Of a DNA stretch of 64,000 bases, positions 20,274-28,475 are shown piece after piece. The position numbers were made by a program, and so were the translations under genes. This DNA is from an uncultured Clostridia bacterium (GTDB taxonomy: Bacteria > Bacillota > Clostridia > TANB77 > CAG-508). Location: positions 372-64,371 of the forward strand of contig CAKPGM010000009.1 of assembly GCA_934154805.1 (NCBI GenBank), given 5' to 3'. The notes under the pieces are model-generated. The model was given only the letters and a program-made list of their open reading frames with translations. It had not been told where the DNA came from and made no database searches. Each line of letters begins with the position of its first letter. Positions within the stretch are counted from its first letter, which is position 1.

Positions 20274-21734
20274 TTATTTTTTGAATTCTGGTTTATAATT
20301 CTCTCTGAATTTTATTTTTTGTTCAAATGTATATGCTGCATTTAATATTGTACTCTCTTGGAATTTATTTCCTATTAACTGCATTCCTATTGGCATTCCA
20401 GCTTTATCGACTCCACATGGAACAGAAATTGCTGTTACACCTGCTATATTTATTGATACTGTACATATATCTGCTAGATACATCTCTAATGGATTATCAC
20501 ATTTTGCTCCTATATCAAATGCTGTATTTGGTACTACTGGTGTTAATAATACATCATATTTAGCAAAGTTCTTATCGAATTCATTTTTTACAAATGTACG
20601 AACTTTTTGAGCTTTTTTGTAATATGCATCATAATATCCTGATGATAACACATATGTTCCAAGTATTATTCTTCTTTTAACTTCTGGTCCAAATCCTTCA
20701 CTTCTAGAATTTATAAATAATTCTTTTAAGTCTTTGTAATCCTTAGCTCTATAACCATAGCGAATTCCGTCAAATCTTCCTAAGTTCGAGCTAGCTTCTG
20801 CACAGGCAATTATATAATAAGTTGCTAACGCATATTCAGATACATCTAGTGAACATTCTTCTACAATTGCTCCCATTTGCTTATATGTTTCTATTGCTTC
20901 TTCTAGTTTTGCTTTGACTTCTTCATTTATTCCTTCTCCAAAGAATTCCTTTGGTACTCCTATTCTTAGTCCTTTCACATCATTTTTTAAAACTTTTAGA
21001 TAATCAACTTTTTCTCTGTCAGCTGATGTTGAATCTTTTTCATCATTTCCTGCAATTATATTAAGAAGTGCTGCACAGTCTTTAACGTCTTTAGTTATTG
21101 GTCCTATCTGGTCAAGTGATGAAGCAAATGCTACAAGTCCATATCTTGATACTAAACCATATGTTGGCTTTAGTCCAACCACTCCGCAGAAAGATGCTGG
21201 CTCTCTTATTGAACCACCTGTATCAGATCCTAATGCCCAAGGAACCATATTTGCTGCAACAGCAGCTGCTGAACCTCCTGATGATCCACCTGGAACTTTA
21301 TTCAAATTCCAAGGATTATGAGTAATCTTTATTGCAGAGTTCTCTGTTGAGCTTCCCATTGCAAACTCATCTAAATTTAATTTTCCTAAGCTAATGATTT
21401 GCTCATTTTTTAATTTTTCTACAACTGTTGCGTCATATGGAGCCACAAAGTTCTCTAATATTTTAGAAGCACAAGTTGTTTTTACTCCTGTTTGGCAAAG
21501 GTTATCCTTTAATCCTATTGGAATTCCTGCGAATTTACTCTTTCTTGGATTTGCATCTATTTCTTTTGCTTCTTGCAAAGCTGATTCACAAGTATTTGTT
21601 ATAAAAGCTTGTACATCATTTTCTTTTTCATTTATTCTCTCTGAGTATGCTTTTACTATTTCTTCTGATGTCAATTCTTTTTTATCTAATTTCTCTATCA
21701 ATTCACAAACTGTAAGATTTGTAATGTCTCCCAT
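20274..21734 (-). CDS. gatA: Asp/Glu-tRNA amidotransferase subunit A
   Basis: 486 aa; amidase signature [21 protein letters not shown]. Confidence 0.95.
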   Translation of the reverse strand: MGDITNLTVCELIEKLDKKELTSEEIVKAYSERINEKENDVQAFITNTCESALQEAKEIDANPRKSKFAGIPIGLKDNLCQTGVKTTCASKILENFVAPYDATVVEKLKNEQIISLGKLNLDEFAMGSSTENSAIKITHNPWNLNKVPGGSSGGSAAAVAANMVPWALGSDTGGSIREPASFCGVVGLKPTYGLVSRYGLVAFASSLDQIGPITKDVKDCAALLNIIAGNDEKDSTSADREKVDYLKVLKNDVKGLRIGVPKEFFGEGINEEVKAKLEEAIETYKQMGAIVEECSLDVSEYALATYYIIACAEASSNLGRFDGIRYGYRAKDYKDLKELFINSRSEGFGPEVKRRIILGTYVLSSGYYDAYYKKAQKVRTFVKNEFDKNFAKYDVLLTPVVPNTAFDIGAKCDNPLEMYLADICTVSINIAGVTAISVPCGVDKAGMPIGMQLIGNKFQESTILNAAYTFEQKIKFRENYKPEFKK

Positions 21735-21755
21735 TTTCGTCCTCCTTGTATAAAT

Positions 21756-22340
21756 TTATTTTTCTTGCCACTCTAGCATATTTTTTATCTCTTCTTTTAC
21801 CACTTTTTCATCTCTACAATTATCAAGTTTGACAACATTGATTTTTGGATACTTTTCAGCTATTTCGTCTGCCATTTTCAAATATGCATTTTGTTGATTT
21901 ATACTACTCTGTTTATTAAATTTTGCATAAGCATTTTTTGCTTTTCCCGCTCTATTTAATCTCTTCTCAAATTCGTTCTCATCACTTAAGTATAGCGTAA
22001 TATAATAAATTTCGAAGTCCATATTAGCAAGTCTATTTAATAATTTTTCATATATATCGCTAAAAGTATATTCTTTAAATCCCAATCTGCAATAAATTTC
22101 TTCTGTAAAAAATGTTCTATCAAACAATAAATTAATACTCATATTTTGTAATTTTTCGATATAATCTACTAAATCAATATACATTTTTTCTGATTTTGCT
22201 CTGCCTGTTGGTGTTGAATCTGCTGTTCCACTTAATCTATATAGATTTGTATATGGAATTGCGTGTCTTATATAATCTGTTATTGTAGTTTTTCCTGCTC
22301 CTTGAGCTCCCTCTACTATTATTATTTTAGAATTTGCCAT
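21756..22340 (-). CDS. P-loop NTPase/kinase (dNK/thymidylate-kinase-like) inserted in gatCAB
   Basis: 194 aa; Walker A GAQGAGKT at residues 11-18, LFDRTFF, lid-like RLNRAGKAKN; tightly packed between gatC and gatA. Confidence 0.6.
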   Translation of the reverse strand: MANSKIIIVEGAQGAGKTTITDYIRHAIPYTNLYRLSGTADSTPTGRAKSEKMYIDLVDYIEKLQNMSINLLFDRTFFTEEIYCRLGFKEYTFSDIYEKLLNRLANMDFEIYYITLYLSDENEFEKRLNRAGKAKNAYAKFNKQSSINQQNAYLKMADEIAEKYPKINVVKLDNCRDEKVVKEEIKNMLEWQEK

Positions 22341-22361
22341 ATGTTCTTCACTCCTTATATT

Positions 22362-22646
22362 TTACATTACCTTTGGTATTTTAAACATTCCTCTTTCTTG
22401 CTCTGGTGCATTTTGTAAAAGTCCATCGTGGTTTTCAAAAACTTTTACTTCGTCTTTTCTAAAGACATTGCATCTTTCATTTTCTCCAATAGTTTCCTCT
22501 AATCCATCTACTGGAGCTTTATTTACTACATCTGCAAAGTTTAAAATCTCTTGTAAGTTTTCTAAATATTTATCTACTTCATTTTCTTCTAATTTAAGAC
22601 TTGCAAGTTTTGCTATATGCAATAATTCCTCTTTACTAACTTTCAT
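22362..22646 (-). CDS. gatC: Asp/Glu-tRNA amidotransferase subunit C
   Basis: 94 aa; typical GatC (VSKEELLHIAKLASLKLEENE ... FKIPKV). Confidence 0.9.
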   Translation of the reverse strand: MKVSKEELLHIAKLASLKLEENEVDKYLENLQEILNFADVVNKAPVDGLEETIGENERCNVFRKDEVKVFENHDGLLQNAPEQERGMFKIPKVM

Positions 22647-22752
22647 TTCTATCAGTCCTTTCGCTCTTAAAGTCTATACTATTATATAATTTTTTTGTCA
22701 GATAAACAAGCAATTATAGGCAATTTCTCAATATTTTTTTAATTTTTTGCAT

Positions 22753-22791
22753 AAAAAATGACCGTCTTAATGTAACTAACATTAAAACGGC
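22753..22791 (-). terminator. Strand-specific intrinsic terminator inside the gatC upstream region
   Basis: 12-bp stem (22763-22774 / 22780-22791) that is perfect only in the minus-strand RNA (one G-U); followed by UUUUUU on minus. Confidence 0.65.
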
Positions 22792-22869
22792 GAAGTTTAA
22801 AAAAAAATTTATAGAAAAACATTATACAAGAATTGGTTGTTTCCAATTTTTTTATCTTGTACGAACTTA

Positions 22870-22899
22870 TTATAAAACAATTCGTTATAAAATGTCAAG
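22870..22899 (-). promoter_or_regulatory. Sigma-A type promoter driving a ~105-nt terminated transcript (sRNA or gatC leader)
   Basis: Minus strand TTGACA (22899-22894), 18 nt, TATAAT (22875-22870). Confidence 0.55.
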
Positions 22900-22968
22900 T
22901 ATTTTTTTAATTTTTTAATACATTTTCTAAAATGAAATACACTGGAATATTTTGTCGAACGTTTTTCC

Positions 22969-22997
22969 TTGATTTATTTTAAATTATATGTTATAAT
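22969..22997 (+). promoter_or_regulatory. Sigma-A type promoter of the large ncRNA
   Basis: TTGATT (22969-22974), 17 nt, TATAAT (22992-22997). Confidence 0.6.
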
Positions 22998-23003
22998 ACA
23001 ATT

Positions 23004-23530
23004 GATGGTGCATTATTCTAGTAATGCTTTCTATTATGAGGGTGGGGCTAAAAATCCACTAAAGGGCACATCGTTGAAGTTCCTTGTTTGTGCGCGAAAT
23101 GCCAGTTTTGTGTGTTTGCAGGGAGTAAGATTCTAGGGAAATGTGTAATGGCATACATATTCCAACCCTATTATCGCGGAGGCTTAAAAAAGAACTACAT
23201 TTTAAGTATAACCTATGTTTTTATACATAGCGTAGCCTGTCTTGAGTGACTGTATTGGGATTATAATTTATCTTTTATATGAAATTACTGTTGCAAAAGG
23301 GACTAATCTTAGAAAAGTATTCCAAGGAAAACTTCTAGAATGTTTGTTTCATTAGAAGCATAGAATTATAGGGATTAAGGTACGGATTTAAGTGGCAATC
23401 TGGCATTCCTGATAACCGGAATATTTGCTTTAAAAGGAAACTGCTTTATAGTAATGTAAAGTAGCAAATAGAGAAATTCGGCTAGACCTCAAACCGTAAA
23501 ATTTACTTATAATTTTACCATCTATATCAT
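23004..23530 (+). ncRNA. Large structured non-coding RNA, OLE-like (boundaries approximate)
   Basis: No ORF >=60 aa on either strand; local GC clearly above the flanks; many hairpins; own promoter; immediately upstream of an OapA-like 4-TM gene; no RNase P, tmRNA or SRP signature motifs. Confidence 0.6.
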
Positions 23531-23553
23531 TTTTTTAGAAAGATTAATAATTA

Positions 23554-24141
23554 ATGGATTCAGAAAACAAAGAAATAAATTCAAAAAAAACAAACAAAGA
23601 TGCCAAAAAGTCAGCTAACAACTCTAATGTAAAATGGATTGTTAGCGTTTTTGTTACGACATTTATATTGTCGATAACTTTTTCATTTATATCAACAAAT
23701 GCAATTAGCAATTTATCACTTTTCCCCGCAATTTTAATTTTATTGCTAGTAATTATAATAGGTATAGTATTTGATATTATTGCTGTTGCGGTTACTGTTG
23801 CTGACGAAGATGAATTTCACGCAAAAGCTAGTAAAAGAGTTACAGGTGCAAAAACATCAGTTAAACTTATTCGTAATTCAGCCAAAGTTGCTAACTTCGG
23901 TTCTGATATAGTCGGTGATATATGTGGAGTTTTAAGTGGTTCTATAAGTGCTTTAATTGCTTTAAAAATTGGTTCAATATATAACCTATCTGTAGATTTA
24001 CAATTTATTATAAGTGCTGTTGTTGCTGCTGTTACTGTTGGTGGAAAAGCTATTGGTAAGAATATTGCAACAGAAAACTCTACAAAAATTGTTCACGCAG
24101 TTGCAAATGTTTTGAATAAATTACATTTAAATAAAAAATAA
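23554..24141 (+). CDS. Four-TM membrane protein, OLE-associated protein A (OapA)-like
   Basis: 195 aa (~21 kDa); 4 predicted TM helices; DxxxD motif in TM3 (GSDIVGDICG); position directly after the large RNA. Confidence 0.55.
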   Translation: MDSENKEINSKKTNKDAKKSANNSNVKWIVSVFVTTFILSITFSFISTNAISNLSLFPAILILLLVIIIGIVFDIIAVAVTVADEDEFHAKASKRVTGAKTSVKLIRNSAKVANFGSDIVGDICGVLSGSISALIALKIGSIYNLSVDLQFIISAVVAAVTVGGKAIGKNIATENSTKIVHAVANVLNKLHLNKK

Positions 24142-24147
24142 AAATAT

Positions 24148-24189
24148 CAAGAGTAGGTTCAGTTCATTCTGTTCCTACTCTTGTTTTTT
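24148..24189. terminator. Bidirectional intrinsic terminator
   Basis: caagagtagg/cctactcttg 10-bp stem followed by T6; lies between convergent genes. Confidence 0.75.
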
Positions 24190-25030
24190 AATCTCTATAT
24201 TTAAAACTTCTATATTCTATTTTTAATATTATTTTCCATACCGGATTATTTAATGGATATGATCTATGTAGTCCTGCTAAGTTAAGCGTATTACTTCTAT
24301 TTATCTTGTTGTCTGTTAAGTTTTGTATGTATCCTTCTTTTCCCATTACATCAAGCTCTTCGCTTGTACATAACCCATATGGATAGGTAAATACTTTTAG
24401 CATATTCTCATCTTGTAAATTATTTTTCAAGTTTTCATATGCCTGATTAGTTTGTTTTACTAATTCTTCAGTTGTTACTTCATCATATTTACAATGTGTT
24501 AATCCGTGTGAATATATAGAAATTAGTCCACTATCATGCATTTCCTTTGCTTCTTCCCAAGTATAATATCCTGGTATTCCAACACAGTCATCTATTAAAA
24601 ACGATGTCATTGGTATATTATATTTTTTTGCTATTCTATATGCATTCTTATATATTCCTTCATAACCATCATCAAATGTGATTAGATAACTTCTTTTATA
24701 AATTGCTTTTTTACCTTCTTTGTAATCAACTAAATCTTGATAACTTATTGGTTTATACCCCAATTTTGTTAATCCTACAATCTGCTTCTCAAATGTTTCC
24801 GTTGTCGATTGCATATAGTCATATTCTATTTGGCTTTCATCATCAACAATGTCATGATATACAAATACTGGTATCTTTAGATTTTTTTCTCCGATATAGT
24901 AAGTTTTATTAACTGTAATGGCTTCATATACTATAAAGCTTATTATTAAAATTATTATTGCTATTAATATTGATAATAGAACTTTTTGAGTTCTATTCAT
25001 TTTTCTTGATTGTTCATTTGTCTTTTTCAT
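24188..25030 (-). CDS. Polysaccharide deacetylase (NodB homology), membrane anchored
   Basis: 280 aa; N-terminal TM; TFDDGYEG motif and downstream His motifs (YSHGLTH). Confidence 0.8.
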   Translation of the reverse strand: MKKTNEQSRKMNRTQKVLLSILIAIIILIISFIVYEAITVNKTYYIGEKNLKIPVFVYHDIVDDESQIEYDYMQSTTETFEKQIVGLTKLGYKPISYQDLVDYKEGKKAIYKRSYLITFDDGYEGIYKNAYRIAKKYNIPMTSFLIDDCVGIPGYYTWEEAKEMHDSGLISIYSHGLTHCKYDEVTTEELVKQTNQAYENLKNNLQDENMLKVFTYPYGLCTSEELDVMGKEGYIQNLTDNKINRSNTLNLAGLHRSYPLNNPVWKIILKIEYRSFKYRD

Positions 25031-25063
25031 TTTCTATTTATGTCCTCTTTCTTGTAATTATTT

Positions 25064-25327
25064 TTATGCTGCAGCTATTAATACTAGAAGCACCATTGAT
25101 ATATATAGGAAAGCACATAGTGAAAGTCCTACTATTCCGGTAATTAATCCTGCTTTTCCTAATTTGCTTCCTAAACTTCTCGCTGTCTTTGCTCCAAATA
25201 TTATAGCTAAAATTCCTGTTGGAATACATATGTACCAAAATAAATTAAACACTATTGATACTATTCCTAATGTTAGTGCTGCTACACACATCCCAGTTTG
25301 TTTCTTTTCTTTTACTTCTTCAGCCAT
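25064..25327 (-). CDS. Small membrane protein (DUF4190-like)
   Basis: 87 aa; two long hydrophobic helices with a GIxxIxxGxxA pattern. Confidence 0.6.
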   Translation of the reverse strand: MAEEVKEKKQTGMCVAALTLGIVSIVFNLFWYICIPTGILAIIFGAKTARSLGSKLGKAGLITGIVGLSLCAFLYISMVLLVLIAAA

Positions 25328-25328
25328 T

Positions 25329-27338
25329 TTAATTTTCCCCCTTTATATCTAACTTTGATATTTCTTCTAAGTTGTCTAGTTTGTTTACCTTTATTGCTGT
25401 TTCTGATACAGTATATAAATTATCTTCTATCCAAAGCCCTCTTAATAATTTGCTGTTATATTGATAATATGGTTTGTAGTTCGATATTCTTTCGTGATTA
25501 ATTACTCCTTTTAATTTAAATCCATCTGTTAGATTTATATTATAAACAAAGTATCCTTCCGATGTATATTTTTCTTGATAATTTGTATAATTTTTAACTA
25601 GTGTAGAAATATCATCTTCATCTGTTGCAGTTATTTCTACATCACTTGGATAGTTATTTACTGGAATTGCTATTAATCCTTTTTCTTTTGAGAATAATAA
25701 TGCTTTATGATTTGTTAAAACTGCTGATGTTGCTCTGCTATCTCCTATTATTGTTTGCGAAACTTGAATTGGATTATTCACGTCTGATACATCAAATAAT
25801 GCCATCTTCATTCCTGTTATTATTGCAGATGTGCTTGTAATTCTTCCAGAAGAATTTCTATACACTCTTTCTTCTGTTTGCATTCCAATTCCTATAATAT
25901 GATTTTCATCATATGGGTGTAAATATGTGCTATATCCAGGAATTTTTAATTTTCCTAATACTTGAGGATTTTTTGGATCTTTAAGGTCTATTACATATAA
26001 AGGATCTGTGTTTTTATATGTCACCATATAAGCCTTATCTCCAATAAATCTTGTTGAATACATTTTCTCGCCTTCTGATAAGTAACTTGTTTCTCCTATT
26101 TTATTAAGTTTCTTATCAAATACAACTATTCTTGATCCTTTACTTGTATAAAGTCCCACTCTTAGATTATCGTTGTATTCATCTAAAGAGAATTGATTTA
26201 TTGTTGTTCCATTTATTTTAGTTCTATTTTTATATTCAACTTCGCCCTTGTCATTTATTTCATATTTATAAATATTAGTATTTTGGTCATATGAATAAGT
26301 ATCATACTCATCTGCTATATATTTGATAAATCCTATTATTCCTCCAGGTCCAAATACATGTTTTAATAGTTCTTTTTTGTCAGTCTCGTTCGAATAATCT
26401 TCATTCAATAAATAAATGTTATTTTCTGATATATAAGCATTTTCCACATCAAATAAGTATGAATTTACTTTTACTTCACTGTTTGTTTTTAAGTCTAATC
26501 CTGCTATTATTGTTTGATCTTTTGTCTTTAAGTCTCTTAAGTATTTAATATCACTTAAAGCAATTTCTTTATTGTTATTGTCTTCAACATATTCTCTAAT
26601 AACTTTGTCATTTAACATTCTTAATTCGTCTGTAGATATTACATATAGTTTTCCATCTATACATCTTGATGTATAATATTTAGCATAAAGTGTGTATTCT
26701 TTTACTATTTTTGGATTTGATTTTGTAGTAATATCGTATACAGTTACCATTGTATTGCTTTTGCTATAATTGATATATTTAGTTGAAATTACAACTAGTT
26801 TATTTTCATATAACATTAAATCTTCTGGTATATAATCTGAATCTGTTGATATTTTTGTTTCTATTTTTATATTTTGTTGTTCTTGAACATTTGTTATTAT
26901 AACTTTGTTCTCAGATATTGAGTATATGTAGTCTCCATCTGTTTTTGTAATATCTGCTTCATCTACATTTTCAACTTGTAAATTTGTTGTTGAATGTTTT
27001 TTTGTCGATGATGCAGAAGATATTATACTATTAGTACTTTCACTTGTAGCAGAATCAAGTGTCCAATCCGACTTTGTACCATATGCCAAATCATATCTTT
27101 TTCCATAATAGTTGGGTCTATCTAATATCTCTGTTATATAAAGTGGCATTGCAAACATTTTAAGATATTCACTCATCTCATAGTTATCTTCTTGTTCACA
27201 AATTCTTTGTAATTGCGATTCTGATTTAATTGATAAAAGTTCACCTTTACTTTTATTACAATAAATAATAGCAGTTAAAATAGTACATAAAATTAATACT
27301 ATAACTACTGCTATCCATAGTTTCTTTTTGTTTTTCAT
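25329..27338 (-). CDS. Secreted beta-propeller domain protein (PF09826-like)
   Basis: Start MKNKKKLW after AGGAGG; motif RFIGDKAYMVTYKNTDPLYVIDLKDPKNPQVLGKLKIPGYSTYLHPYD is typical of the family. Confidence 0.75.
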   Translation of the reverse strand: MKNKKKLWIAVVIVLILCTILTAIIYCNKSKGELLSIKSESQLQRICEQEDNYEMSEYLKMFAMPLYITEILDRPNYYGKRYDLAYGTKSDWTLDSATSESTNSIISSASSTKKHSTTNLQVENVDEADITKTDGDYIYSISENKVIITNVQEQQNIKIETKISTDSDYIPEDLMLYENKLVVISTKYINYSKSNTMVTVYDITTKSNPKIVKEYTLYAKYYTSRCIDGKLYVISTDELRMLNDKVIREYVEDNNNKEIALSDIKYLRDLKTKDQTIIAGLDLKTNSEVKVNSYLFDVENAYISENNIYLLNEDYSNETDKKELLKHVFGPGGIIGFIKYIADEYDTYSYDQNTNIYKYEINDKGEVEYKNRTKINGTTINQFSLDEYNDNLRVGLYTSKGSRIVVFDKKLNKIGETSYLSEGEKMYSTRFIGDKAYMVTYKNTDPLYVIDLKDPKNPQVLGKLKIPGYSTYLHPYDENHIIGIGMQTEERVYRNSSGRITSTSAIITGMKMALFDVSDVNNPIQVSQTIIGDSRATSAVLTNHKALLFSKEKGLIAIPVNNYPSDVEITATDEDDISTLVKNYTNYQEKYTSEGYFVYNINLTDGFKLKGVINHERISNYKPYYQYNSKLLRGLWIEDNLYTVSETAIKVNKLDNLEEISKLDIKGEN

Positions 27339-27435
27339 AACATACCCTCCTTTGGGCAAAATTATATTATAATAATGTACTTTTTTCAATACTTTTTGTT
27401 AATTTCATTCGATATAGTTATTACTTTTTTAACAT

Positions 27436-27473
27436 TCAAAAAGAACCTAAACTTTTAATAAATTCAGGTTCTT
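27436..27473 (-). terminator. Intrinsic terminator after ORF 27480-28331
   Basis: aagaacct/aggttctt stem followed by a U-run on the minus strand. Confidence 0.55.
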
Positions 27474-27479
27474 AATTTT

Positions 27480-28331
27480 TTATTTTTTACTTTCATCTCC
27501 GCTTGGTAATGCTGGAACATCTAGTACTATTCTAATCTTCATAACATACTTAATTGTTTGTACAAATTTACTTTGTTTAAATCTTTGCCATAATGAAGGT
27601 TTTACATTTACTCTTGTTTCTTCATAATATTGTGTATCTGCTATTGGAGTAGCTTCTTGTACTTTTTCTTCAACAACAGGTTTTTCTACTATTTGCTCTG
27701 CATCTTCTCTTGGAGTTGGTATTAATTTAAGCGCATCTGCTACTTCTATTCCTATGTAACTTAAAGCTTTTGATCTATCTTCTATTCTTTCCATATCTAT
27801 TTCGATATGTAGATTTGATTCTAAGTTTGCTATTCTGGCATTTATTAGTTTTAAAGCATCTTGATAGTTTTGTGATTTATCAGATTTTGATCTTCCTAGT
27901 ACTCCTAGTGTTTCTATTATATCTTCAGAAAATTCTGATGAAACTTCTTTTATAGAATTTTTCCAGCCATCTTCCTTATTTAGAACTATGCTAAGTACAT
28001 TCTTTAATTCTCCAGATAATGCTATATTTTTTTCTCTTTGTCTTATAAGATCTTCTATTTGCTTTGTATTTTCTTCAAATTCATTTGTTGCAAACTCAAC
28101 AAGCCCATAAGCTGCTTTATATACACTTTTTGGAAAGTTTTTCTTTTTTGGATATTCAATTAAATAAGTTTTAATAGATTCTACTAAGTCTTTGAAATAT
28201 GCATCATCTTCTAATTGTATGATTTGCTTCTTGCTGTTAGGATCTATCATTCTTTGAACTTTTGATATGTTTGATAATATCTTTTCTTCAGTTATTACCA
28301 TTCTTACATTTACTATGCCAGATCTAGACAT
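27480..28331 (-). CDS. Hypothetical protein (283 aa, helical, acidic)
   Basis: Long ORF with coding-like composition; no recognisable motif. Confidence 0.6.
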   Translation of the reverse strand: MSRSGIVNVRMVITEEKILSNISKVQRMIDPNSKKQIIQLEDDAYFKDLVESIKTYLIEYPKKKNFPKSVYKAAYGLVEFATNEFEENTKQIEDLIRQREKNIALSGELKNVLSIVLNKEDGWKNSIKEVSSEFSEDIIETLGVLGRSKSDKSQNYQDALKLINARIANLESNLHIEIDMERIEDRSKALSYIGIEVADALKLIPTPREDAEQIVEKPVVEEKVQEATPIADTQYYEETRVNVKPSLWQRFKQSKFVQTIKYVMKIRIVLDVPALPSGDESKK

Positions 28332-28475
28332 TGTAAAATCCTCCTTTTCATCTGTATCGCTATAATATATGATAATTATATATTATTCAACAAAAAATTA
28401 CAATACTTACGGCCCGTTTTTTTATTACACTTGTCTAACATTTTTATTACAAAATTGTTACAATAGTCTTTTTTA

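Noticed and set aside
22647-22900. T-box riboswitch (tRNA-Asn/Gln type) upstream of gatC, and a Phe-rich leader peptide (MFFYKFFFKLRR..., starting near 22814 on the minus strand) overlapping the terminator.
   Set aside because: There is no T-box consensus (AAUUAGGGUGGUACCGCG-like), specifier-loop or antiterminator arrangement. The peptide ORF has no SD, and TTT runs are expected by chance in this composition.
23004-23530. Alternative identities for the large RNA: RNase P RNA, tmRNA, SRP/4.5S, 6S, group II intron.
   Set aside because: I found no GAGGAAAGUCC P4 motif, no tRNA-like 3' end or tag ORF, no SRP domain IV motif, and no domain V-like element. It is too long for 6S. This needs covariance-model confirmation.
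25038-25238. Same-strand overlapping ORFs 25038-25238, 38856-39158 and 47621-47833.
   Set aside because: They are alternative frames overlapping better-supported genes (DUF4190 protein, RNase G/pth junction, pdaA start). Their K/R/N-rich composition is nonsense-like and they have no SD.
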